A stretch of DNA of 53,348 nt from Anthoceros angustus (Eukaryota; Plantae; Anthocerotophyta). Below are positions 36,182 to 47,005 of the stretch, in pieces; position 1 is the first letter of the stretch, and each line of letters begins with the position of its first letter. The stretch lies in NCBI GenBank assembly GCA_010909165.1, contig MU008238.1:1-53348 (forward strand), in the 5' to 3' direction. Both the position numbers and the translations under genes were made by a program. The notes beneath the pieces are model-generated. The model had not been told where the DNA came from. It worked only from the letters and a program-made list of their open reading frames with translations, and did no database searches.

Positions 36182-36904
36182 GAAGACTTGGGCAGCTTGC
36201 TGCAGATGAAATGCAGCTGCTTCTGCTGCACAATCAGGGCGTGTGGGGATGCTGCCTTGCTAGAGTTGCACGGCCGCCTCCACCAGCTCACTCGCCTCAC
36301 ACGTGAGCTCCAGCAATTGAAAGCAGTTGTCGAAGTAGACAAGCCAGCAGCGCTCACATGTGCTGTGGCGCACCTCGGTGCAAATACGAATCAAAGGGCT
36401 GCCCTACACGGGCTGCCTGGAGTTGGTAAATCCGTGACCTGCCGCAGCACCACACACATTGCAATCGTTCTGAGCCACATGCACACCAAAACCTTGCATT
36501 CCAATCAGAAATCCAGCAACACCGCGGTTTTGCGTGAGTCTCAGCAACATTCCCTTTCCACGGACTTCGACAACTGGTTGTTGCAGCTGCCATCGCCAGT
36601 CTTGAGGTCTTGGCCGCCATCATGAGCAAGCACCTCCTCTCGGTGTGATGAGGCCACCACCTCGCATGATCCTTTGGCCGTTGCAGCAGCGGGCTTCATG
36701 ATGTAGCCCACGAGCCACCTGCCGGGTTTGCAGCCCTGGTTCTAGAAATGACCTAAATGGCCTAATAACCTATCCTGATAATGTCAGTTAAATAGCTTCA
36801 TATAGCTAATTAATAGCTATTTCCTAATGGCCAAAATCACATATATAGCCAATACCTCTAGGCTACTATATATATTCTTGTAAAACAAGTCTGGTGCCAC
36901 GACA

Positions 36905-39900
36905 GAAAGTCGCGACCTCGCGTTGCTGGGTGTGCCCTTCTCCCGATTCTCCATTATTGGTAGTCCCGCTCACTAGGGTTGTAAATTCCCCACAGTGCAT
37001 GCGTCCGTTTCTCGGCCACCGTGGTGGAACTAGCCACCACCCACTTGACTACTCAAGCTGGCATGTGTGAGCATCCCTAGCATATATAGACACCTTTTAT
37101 TCTAAAATTCCCAATACCCAAGGACTCTATTTCTACCCACCCCTCACAGGGGTCAAACCTAAGGTCGAAAAATTATTATTATCTCCAAGGGCCAAGGACC
37201 ATTCCGTATAAAAGACACTCGAGACGATTCTCAAAGCACTCTGCTATTCTAACACATCCAAAACAAAAAAATCGTTCATCCACGACACTTGGGAGGCGGG
37301 GTTAGTGCACATGTGGTCTTCCACATACTCCCTTCTCATTTGTTGGCGTCCTCGCCAACTTATTGGTAATATTTGACCCGCCAACCGTTGTGGCGTTGGC
37401 GGTGAGCCACTAAAATCTTGGAGTTGAATTGATGATCGAAAACTTAAACTACGAAGGGCCCCATCCATCGAGATGTAATTTACACGGAAATGCATGTATC
37501 GGTTATCATATAGTAAAGCGGATCCCGGGAACAACGTATTCTTGGCGCTTCAATCTCTTGTCGTGCCACTCCTTCCTCCTTCTTTGGACATCCCGCATAA
37601 CTTGGAGGCTTGTTCTCTGTCCTCCGTGTCGTCTGAAACCCACCAACCTTTCCAAGCGACTTTCCTTTGGCATTCGACTTGGTTCCTGTATTCTCGGTGG
37701 GAACTTGAATTCTATTGGCATGATGAATGTAAGTAAGATAATACGTTTCTGCGTTGTCACTTTTCCGCGGTCCGATGCATCTTGAATGCGATTTCATATC
37801 GATCATCGCATAGCGGCGGTGAGTTTGGTTAGGATCTTGCACAACAAGCCATTTGCCTTTCCGTCATTGGCTTTTGGGTTATAAAATGGACTTCGTGGCG
37901 GCGTTGAAGTGGTGGTCATGTTGGAGATTACGATTGTGAAATGTGTTCCTCTGTCGGCCGACTCCGGTGACAGCCATATCGGGTGATTTGCTCGAGCAGA
38001 ATCGGCGTGCGCGAATCTACGGCGGTGCACATGCTTCTACCATCCATGTCTGTGGCCACGGGATGTATTGGTTTTGGCGAGCCTTGGTTTTGTGGATAGG
38101 TCCGACAAAATCGATTCCCCATTTCTCGAATGGTGCGCAAGTATGGGGACAAGGGGCCATTGGGTTGTTGCTTGGCTTGCCGACCCTTTGGCAAGCGTCA
38201 CGGCTCACGAACTCCTTGGCATCCTTGTACATTGTAGGCCACCAATAGCCGACCTCAAAATTTTCCTGCAAGTGACATGCGCATAATGACCTCCGCCTCT
38301 TCTTCGTAAAGAGCTCGGGACTCTCACCGCTTGAGTGTGCACCCATAACTCCTCGTCCGGACCGACTCGGTATAAGTTCATGTGCCGTGTGAATGGTCCG
38401 GTAGTGGACAACGCTGAATCTGTCTTGGAAAGATGGAGGAATTTGGCTGCCAAGATAATCGTATATCTCGATATGTTGGTCTTGCCACCCTCCCTTCTCA
38501 ATCGATCGGCTCCCTCCTTCCGAACTTCACTCGTTGGTTTGCAACTCCGCAGAAAAGTGTCTCATCGGAAAGTCGTCTTCCTTTTCCACCTTCCTGTTTC
38601 AATCGAGATATGAAGTCGGCATTGATATGCTTCCTACCCTCTCTCGTTTCCTGTGAAGGTAAACTCACGAAGATCCAGATGCGCGTCCCGAAAGGTCGTT
38701 TATTCACAAGGTGTTTCAAGGCAAAGTGGTCAACATGGAACACAAATTCATACGAGAGGAGGTAGTGTCTGAATTTCCTGACCGAGTAAACCATTCCCAG
38801 TGCTTCGCGCTCCGTGGTGGTATACTTTCGTTCCGCGTCCGTTAGTTGTCTCCCAGCATAGTAGATCGGAAAATCCTTCTTCTTCTCGTCCCGCTGGCTA
38901 AGGACTGACCCAATTGCAAATGCTGAAACATCAACGAAAACGTGGAACTTCTTACTCCAGTCCGGTCCTCTTAGCGTGGGAGCTGTAGCCAGTGTGGTGC
39001 GTAAGTCCTGGAATGCTTCCTCCCGTTGCGTCGTCCATTCCCACTCCTGATCCTTCCTTAACAAGCTCGTTAGTGGGGCAGCCCGCTTGGCGAAATTTGG
39101 AACGTCCTATAATCCCGACCATCCCGGGAACCCGCGGAGTTCCTTTAGCGTTGGTGCTCTAAGGGTGGCGATGACCTTTACCTTGTCCGGATCTACTTCT
39201 ATACCTCGGCTTGAAATTGATGCCCCAGAATTCCTCGACATGCAAGTAGCACTTTTCCGGATGGCATAATGCGTGCTCGCCTGTGCACTCCGAGGTGCGG
39301 CGATGGTCCTTGACAGCCCCAACAGTAAGTCGCCCAGAAAACTTCCATAAAGTCGCGGAGGAAGTCCTTGAAAATTTTGACGATGGCTCGCATGAAGGAC
39401 CCAGTGCTCCGTCAACCCAAATGCGCGCTTGTAAGCATATGTCCCCCCGGTTGTAAAGCGAGGCCAATCGCTCTCCCTAAGGTGCGGTGATTATACCCAG
39501 AGTACGTCTAGGAATGAATACGCCATTACACCGATCCGAGGATATTATCGATGAAGGGTAACGGAAAGTGATCCTTCTTGGTGACTTTATTCAACCTTCT
39601 CCAGTCCTGACAAACTCGGATTTTGCCTGGCTGCCTCTTAGGTACTACCACTATTGGAGCCACCCATTCGGTATTGACTATAGGATAGATCACGTCCGCC
39701 TTGAGGTACATCTCCAACTGATCCTTTACCTTGAGGGAGTACTTCGGATTTAACTTGTACTGTGGAATCCTTACTGGGATTGCTCCTGGTTCCAGGTCAA
39801 TCCTATGCTCGCCCCATTCTTTGGGGATCCCCTTCATGTCTGTTACCTCGAAGGCGAAAACATCGATGCACGCTTCATTCCTCCAACGCCGCATCCATTG

Positions 39901-40737
39901 TCGGAGAATTTGAGCACCTGGAAGAACCTCAACGCCCTTGACTTCATCGGCCCCACTCGCTCTGTGCGGTGCTAACCCGAATCCTTCTTACGGCTCCCGT
40001 TCCTCTTCTCTCATGCCCCATTCCCTAAACAAATCCTCCGACGCGTGAACTGCGTGACGCCTCCAGCCTTTCTCCACTGCTCAATCCCGCCGGACCCCTT
40101 CCGGAGCATCGGCGGTTACCCGTAATGACCCTCGTTAATTGTATATGGGATATCTCGCGGTAGTCCCGCCTCATCGACCATGAGATGTGTGCGACGGAAC
40201 CTATCTTCCTCTCCCATCTCCCGGACGTGTCCTCTGCCGAGGTGTACCCTTGTTTCGTTGGAGTTTCACTGCATACATGTCCTTACTCCACGATAGGCAC
40301 ATCCTTCCCTCCTTGGTCTTGGGATCCCATTCCAGCGGTTTAAAACCGACTTCCTTCCGCCCCACTTGAGCGTGCATTGCGATACATCCATGTTCGGCCA
40401 ATTAGGACGTCGACCAGGCGATTTTTGGGATGACTACATAATCCATCAAGTAGGGGATGGTTCCAATGGTCGTTAGCACCCGCCGCCCCCACCGGCACCA
40501 TTACGGACATGTCGGCTAGCATAAAACCTTGGTAGTATGTTCAATATCCAAGCCCAATTTCCTAGCCGTGTCTTCTCGTCATAATATTTACACCCGACCC
40601 GTGTCGAGGCACCTTTGATGACACATCCCGAAATTTCCACAGTTGGTGGGCCTTGATCCACCATGGATACCAAGTTCACTGAGCGGCTGGGTATATAGGA
40701 ACATTGCGCCTCTTTTGGGTTGCGCCTCTTTTAACGC
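36905..40737 (-). mobile_element. Athila-like element E, copy 2 (LTR start, PPT, IN-RH-RT-PR), truncated in the protease region
   Basis: Aligns with 16780-20470 apart from small indels. RNase H ...AERKYTTTEREALGMVYSVRKFRHYLL; RT entry IRVCQDWRRLNKVTKKDHFPLPFID. Confidence 0.9.
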
Positions 40738-40755
40738 CCTCGTCACATGACGAGG

Positions 40756-41075
40756 CACACACAAAGCGGTACATCTTGGTGGCAACGGACTCGCACGGTG
40801 GGTGGAGCGGTGCTACTAGGGCGGACTCTGACGGTGGCCAAATTCCTCTGAAAACATCATCACAAGGTGCAGGGTGTCGTTGCGGTAAGTAGCGATAGGG
40901 GAACTCATTTCCTCAATGATGTGATAGCAATGACGGACTATTTTGGCATCACACATCGTAAAAGCGGCCCCAAAGGCCAGCGGATTGTGGAAGACCAGCG
41001 GACTTATCGCGCATCCTGAATAAGCTACGGTCAATTATGCATACGGTAGGATACAAAGCTACCATCGGGCTATAT
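40756..41075 (+). pseudogene. Degraded Gypsy integrase core fragment, opposite orientation (element F)
   Basis: Pieces KRYILVATD, KFLxENIITR and SDRGTHFLNDVI, related to the E integrase. Confidence 0.6.
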
Positions 41076-41552
41076 GGNCCTCCGCCTCCTCGAGCCACGG
41101 ATCGTCGGGCACACGCCAGTGCTCCTCTTGCTTTCTTGTTGGGACTTGAGACTCCAAAATCCCCCGCTCCTCCGTAGCCACCCGCTTCCTCCAAAGTCGA
41201 GCCGCGTAAGGTGCCTTGGCTCAAGAGACAAGCAGAGCCGGGTGTCCGAGCGAGAGAGCGAATCGCGCAGTTGCTTGAAAGAATGATCTCCCGCCACTCC
41301 CTCCGCAGTAACCGGCGAAGGGACGCTCGTTGCCGTCGCATAGGTCCGCATGGCTTACTCTCGCCTTTACGCCGCCGCTTACTCGCCTTACGACGCCCTG
41401 CAGCGAGCGTGAATACCGCCATAACGGCCATCGGCAACCCTACGGTCCGCTCCGTGCGCATTCACCTCTCCATGACGTGGCTCTGCCTCATCTAAAATGC
41501 GCCCACTCTAAGTTACTTTACTTGGCGTACTTATCCCATCCTACTCCGGAGG

Positions 41553-43934
41553 GTGATCCGGACTTACCCTGTGCACTCCGAAGGGTGGTCCGGACCCTTC
41601 CATCGGAGGGCAGTCTGTAGCTCCTTCGGAGTATGCTCCGGAGTCCTTCAGCTTACTCCGAAGTGTGGTCCGGAGCTCCTCCGGACTTATTTCTACCATT
41701 CTGCCTTATTTCCCCACGCCAAAAAAACAAAACCCGACCGTTCCTCACAAGGGAAAGTGGTCCTGGGGAGACCGGAGGAAGAGAGCTCAGGAGTCGCTCT
41801 CCTCGAGAGGACGAATGAGGGAAAGAGAGCTCCCACAATGGATATTCCCCAGGAGGTTTTGGATCTCATCGACGGAGGGATGAAGGCCAAGACCAAGAAT
41901 GGCTGGAAGACGGACAACATCAAGGAGCTCAAGTGGAGGCTCTTCGCCAAAATTGTCTTGGGGTTGGTGAATTACCAACGCACCTCCTACTTCAGCACCA
42001 GCTTCTTACAATTTCTGTGGAAGATCATCAAAGGAGCTAAGCCAGATTGGGGGACCATCATGTATGAGGCTTATATCCATCACAGGGAGAAGCTTCTCAA
42101 GCCCAACACGGTGGATGAAGGAGGTGCAAGGCTTTGCTACCTTAGCACCTACTTGGTGCATTTATGGGAGATGGAGGGGCTTTTAACCAGCAAGGAGCTT
42201 GAGGATGCTTGGCATCCTTTCGAGATTATACACCTCAACCCGAGCTTGGAGAGGCCTTTGCCCTTTGCCTTGAGGAAAACCATGGGAGGGCAAACTTCTT
42301 CAAGTGCCCCACCACCAAGACCAAGAATTGAGGAGGTAGCGGCAATACCCGAAGGATTGCCGGAGGCGGAGTATTTTCCCCCACATGAGGAGCAAGGAGG
42401 GGGACGAGAGATGCAGGCCAGTGAGGGCCAAGTGGTGGTTTACCAGGGCGCTCCTACCATGCTAGGAGTGCAGCCTACCACGATAGGAGGACAGCCTACC
42501 GCGGTAGGAGACACACCCCCTAGGGTGGGAGGGGTTCCCACCATCTCATGGGTGCCAGAGGGAGAGGCACCCCGTCAACCTACCACGGTAGGTAGCCAAC
42601 CTATCGCGGTAGGTAGGTAGCCTACGGCGGTAGGGAAGCAACCTACCGCGGTAGAGCAACCACGCCAAGAGGTAGGCGTACCAAGTAGGGAGTAGGAAGG
42701 AGGATCAGCGCAGGGCACCGAGGGCCGCGCCTAGGCAGCAATCACCTGCGCTAGGAGGAAGAGGGGATGGAGTGATGCGAGGGCTCCCGCCCACCCGGAT
42801 GAGGGACGCGAGCTGGAGATTTCAAAGAGACAAGGGTCTGAATTGGGACCCCTAGGAGAATTGCTAAGTGTCTGTGAGGCACTTAGCCAGGTGGACTTGA
42901 AGGCGGCAAGAGAAATAGGAGCCTCCCTCCTGGCATGTCAAGAGGAGGTCCGAGCGAATAAGGCTCAGGAGATGGAAGAGAGACGAGCGGGGACCAAGTG
43001 GCAGCTGGAGACCATGGAGTCCGATGAGAAGGCAGCCAAGTTAGAGAAGGCTGTGGAGAAGCTCCAGCAAGATATTGTGGACCACAAGCGGACAGAGAAA
43101 GCCCTGGAGGGAAAACTGTCCCAAGCGGAAGAGAGAGATGTCCGAGCCACCGGCCAGCGAGACACATGGAGGCAGAAGGCGGAGGACCATTTTGCCCAAC
43201 TAGAGCAGGAGCGACGGATAAAGTCTGAAGCTCTAGGGAGGGAGAAGCGAGCGGTCCAACAAGTGGAGGCACACGAGCAGGTGTTGGCCACCCAGGCCAT
43301 CAAAATCCAGGATGCGGAGGAAGAATTGCGAAAGACTCGGTTGAGCTTGGAAGTGAGACGCACGGAGTTAATCACCCAAGACCTCCAGGTGCAAGGGCTG
43401 GGGCGCGAGAAGAATGCTTGGCAAGAGGAGAAGGAGAAGCTTGCCAAGCAAATGGCGGACCTAGAGCAGAGGAGAGCCCGGGAGGAAGAGCGCCACAAGA
43501 AGATGGTGCATAGATTGCTGGTGGTGAGGAAGAGGCGATTTCGGGCAGATTATGCCCTTTAATCCAAGTTGGCTAGCCAACTTAGGGAAGCCAGGGAGGA
43601 GAATGTCGCCCTTCATGTGAGGGTAGGAGAAGTAATGATGGCAAGGGACGCCTACAGGGATAGGTGTGAGAGCGGAGAATGGCCCACAGAGCTCGACGAT
43701 CTCGAGATGCTGTACCAGAGTTTGGGAGTGCATCTCCACAACCGAGTGCTGAAGGCCAACAATGAGGTGTTGCGCCTGGCAAAGAGGAGGACTTTAGGTC
43801 CTCATGATGATTATCGCGAGGAACTATTGCAAGTAAGGCCGGAGGCTTCAGACTTTGATGAAGCCACAAGTGATATGGACTCCGAGGAGTCAGAGGGGGC
43901 GGCCGAAGGAGAGGAAGCCGCGATTTTGCTTTGA
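41553..43934 (+). pseudogene. Accessory ORF of Gypsy element F (extra-ORF-like domain, QPT(T/A)VG repeats, long coiled coil) with 4 in-frame stops
   Basis: ORFs 41553-42620, 42843-43562 and 43569-43934 share one frame. Stops at 42618, 42693, 42732 (TAG) and 43560 (TAA). First in-frame ATG at 41839. Confidence 0.65.
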
Positions 43935-44551
43935 GTGTGTGGCGATGCTCAAGGAACTCTGCCTTGGTGGCTGAGGAAAGACTCCCTAGAGGTTCTCATG
44001 CAGGTACAAACCACCGTGACCCAAGGAAGAACTTCGTTAATTCGGACGGACCCGACACTTGTGTCGTAAGGGCGAGTTGGAATTAATGAGCCAGCAAACG
44101 GTGTTAGAGTAGGAGATCGTAGAAGGAGGAAGATTAGATGAATCTTGAAGAAGATAGCGTTGTTGATTGAGAAGGTTGAGAAGAGGATTAGAGTGTAGAA
44201 AAATTGGAAGGCCAAAGGCGAGCCTAGGCCAGATCCCAAATCTGATGGGCGCTCCCTATGTGGAGAAGATTGGTCTTAGGAGTAGGGACAAAATCGCGGT
44301 GTGGGTCAGGGGGTCCTTGGGCGCCCGTGATAGACCTGGCATGAGGCACACTGCAATTGTGTTGTGTCGTTGTAGGTCGAGGATTGGTGAATTTTCGGGC
44401 GGTCACGGTGTGCAGTGTGAGGAGAGTAGTGGGCGCCTTGCTTGTTGAGGAGGCTGAGGTAGTGTGTAGATGCAGGCATTGATTGATTTCCCAAGATCCG
44501 GCCGTTCATACAAGTCTCATGGGACGAAACCCAACGTACGAAACAACAGTG

Positions 44552-44683
44552 GGATAAGTGTCCCCACTAGAGGGTGAATCTCGGAAGCCCCGGAATTTTC
44601 CTCCCACAAGGTACTAGGATAAGTGTCCCCACTAGAGGGTGAATCTTGGAAGCCCCGGGATTTTCCTCCCACAAGGTGCTAGG
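44552..44683. repeat. Two tandem copies of a 65-bp unit
   Basis: ggataagtgtccccactagagggtgaatc...cccacaaggt(a/g)ctag at 44552 and 44617. Confidence 0.9.
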
Positions 44684-45170
44684 CCGACAATGTGGGTTTT
44701 TTTTGTTGCAAGCGTGACATTGGCAATACATTATATATGAAAGCTTTTTAAAGTGTTAGACCGAGTTGAGTACATACCTAGATTCTTGTAAAATTCAACT
44801 AAGACAAGGAAACATCCGCACAAGCAGAGAGAGACTGACGTAAGAGAGAGGAGGGAACAGCGAACTCCTGTCTTTTGGGAAGCCCAGCTGTCCGTCAGGG
44901 GTAGCTGAACCGTGATTGGTCTGGTTCAGTCAATCGGCCGCCACCATACAAGCAAGTCACACGAACAAGCCAAAAGAGAATCACCCATAGAGAATTGCGG
45001 GCTACCCCACTTGAAACATTGCCCTGAACGGTTGGCGTGTTAGAAGAAAAGTTCGGTTGGGCACAAGGTATGGTTGTGCGTCGGGAGAGGGATGCATGGT
45101 AGGAGCAGCGCAGGCGTAGAAGAGCACACCCCTCGACTCTGCGACGTGCAAGCTGCTGTGTGACACTACG

Positions 45171-46880
45171 ATGAGGAAGAAGCTAGGGGTGGCCGGAGGG
45201 AGATGGGACTCCCTGCTCAAATCCGTGAACGCAGCCGTGAACCGGAGCATCGTGGGCAAGCACTTCAAGCTGGAGCAACGGGGCACCTACCTGACCCGCG
45301 AGCTGCGAGCCGGCACTGCCACTTTCCTCACCATGGCCTATATCCTGGCTGTGAACGCCAGCATCCTGACGGATTCCGGCGGCACCTGCAGTGTGGCTGA
45401 CTGCATCGGCTTCTTCGCCGACGGGTCGCAGCTCCCCCCGGGACAGCGCCCGGGGCCCGAGTGCAAGTTCCCGCCCGTGGATGTGGGCTATGCCGACTGC
45501 CTGACGGCCGTGAAGAAGGACCTCATCGTGGCCACGGCGGCCGCCAGTCTTATCGGGTGCCTCATCATGGGAGTGTTCGCCAACTTGCCGCTGGCGCTGG
45601 CTCCCGGGATGGGCACCAACGCGTATTTCGCCTACACCGTGGTGGGATTCCACGGCTCCGGGAGCCTGTCCTACAAGAGCGCCCTTGCCGCCGTCTTCCT
45701 CGAAGGCTTCCTCTTCCTCATCATCGCCGGGCTGGGTTTCCGAACCAAGCTGGCCAAGCTTATCCCTAAGCCCGTGCGGATGTCCACGTCCGCAGGGATC
45801 GGCCTGTTCCTGGCCTTCATCGGGCTACAGTCCAGCGAGGGCGTGGGGCTGGTTGCCAGCAGCGGCTCCACTCTCGTCACCCTGGGTGCGTGTCCCCGCG
45901 AGGACAGGCTGCAGCTGGCGCCCGTCATCACTGTCAACGGAACGGTGGCGCTCATGCCTGGGGGAGTGGTCACCTCAGCCATCATGTGCGAGAGGAACAC
46001 CATGGAAGACCCCACCTTCTGGCTGGCGGTGGTGGGCTTTCTGCTCATCGCCTACTCGCTCATCTACAACATCAAGGGCGCTATGATTTACGGCATCTTG
46101 TTTGTTACCGTAATTTCCTGGTTCCGCCACACCAAGGTCACCTACTTTCCCGAGACTGAGGCCGGAGATGCTGCCTATGCTTACTTCAAGAAGGTGGTGC
46201 AGGTGCACAAGATCGAGCACACTGCCGGTGCCTTCAGCTTCCGTGACATAGGGAGGAGCGAGTTTTGGGTGGCCTTGGTCACCTTCCTCTATATTGATCT
46301 TCTGGATACAACCGGCTCCCTCTACTCCATGGCAAAATTTGCAAACTTCGTAGACGAGGAGGGCAACTTCGAGGGCCAGTACTTTGCCTTCATGAGCGAC
46401 GCCACAGCTATCGTCATTGGCGCGTCGCTCGGCACCTCTCCCGTCACCACATTCATCGAGTCTGCCACGGGCATCCGGGAGGGAGGCCGCACCGGCCTCA
46501 CCGCTCTCGCTGTCTCCTTCTATTTCTTCCTGGCGCTCTTCCTCACGCCATTGCTGGCTTCCATCCCTCCCTGGGCTGTGGGTCCAGCCCTGCTGTTGGT
46601 GGGAGTGCTCATGATGAAGTCTGTGGTGGAGATCGACTGGGACAACCTCAAGGAAGGCATTCCCGCCTTCATCACCATCATCCTCATGCCACTCACATAC
46701 TCCATCGCTTACGGCTTGATAGGAGGCATCGGGACCTATATCGCTCTCCACCTGGTAGACTGGGCTCTGCTTGCATTCAATCACAACCGCGGCGCCAAAG
46801 GAGGCTCTCACCCTGGCGAGACCAACGGCAACTTAGCAGCAGCCCCCCTGCCTGCTAACCACTCGGCCTCCGAGGTTTGA
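45171..46880 (+). CDS. AZG: AZG-family (AzgA-like, NCS2-related) adenine/guanine permease, 569 aa, intronless
   Basis: [58 protein letters not shown] and [16 protein letters not shown] closely match Arabidopsis AZG1/AZG2; multiple hydrophobic helices. Confidence 0.97.
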   Translation: MRKKLGVAGGRWDSLLKSVNAAVNRSIVGKHFKLEQRGTYLTRELRAGTATFLTMAYILAVNASILTDSGGTCSVADCIGFFADGSQLPPGQRPGPECKFPPVDVGYADCLTAVKKDLIVATAAASLIGCLIMGVFANLPLALAPGMGTNAYFAYTVVGFHGSGSLSYKSALAAVFLEGFLFLIIAGLGFRTKLAKLIPKPVRMSTSAGIGLFLAFIGLQSSEGVGLVASSGSTLVTLGACPREDRLQLAPVITVNGTVALMPGGVVTSAIMCERNTMEDPTFWLAVVGFLLIAYSLIYNIKGAMIYGILFVTVISWFRHTKVTYFPETEAGDAAYAYFKKVVQVHKIEHTAGAFSFRDIGRSEFWVALVTFLYIDLLDTTGSLYSMAKFANFVDEEGNFEGQYFAFMSDATAIVIGASLGTSPVTTFIESATGIREGGRTGLTALAVSFYFFLALFLTPLLASIPPWAVGPALLLVGVLMMKSVVEIDWDNLKEGIPAFITIILMPLTYSIAYGLIGGIGTYIALHLVDWALLAFNHNRGAKGGSHPGETNGNLAAAPLPANHSASEV

Positions 46881-47005
46881 AGCTTCTCATTCATGGTTTG
46901 CCGTGGATACATCCTAATTCACGAAGGCCCTTGTAACTGAAAGCACGTAGGTATTTTGTAATATACATTTCAATTCGTAGGCTGGCCCACGTCCAAGTAT
47001 ACGCC

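Larger units (their letters stand above)
28031..36904 (-). mobile_element. Ty3/Gypsy-type retrotransposon D carrying a C5 DNA methyltransferase and a PHD finger; split-direct-repeat-like ends
   Basis: Starts TGTCGTGGCACC at 36904 on the - strand, followed by a TATA-like tatatatag. Domain order is gag-PR-DNMT-RT-RH-IN-PHD. B1 at ~28158-28232; partial A2 at 28031-28143. Confidence 0.9.

Noticed and set aside
28031-36904. Classifying D as a DIRS/tyrosine-recombinase element
   Set aside because: No tyrosine recombinase motifs were seen; it has a retropepsin, an HHCC plus DDE-type integrase and an apparent TSD.
44552-44683. CRISPR-like or regulatory array
   Set aside because: Only two contiguous 65-bp copies with no spacers, in a eukaryotic TE context.
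44754-44806. Short TGT...ACA segment with imperfect inverted ends
   Set aside because: Too short and imperfect, with no TSD or second copy.
45183-46811. Long antisense ORFs overlapping AZG (e.g. 45975-46811)
   Set aside because: Expected by-product of GC3-rich codon usage on the sense strand.
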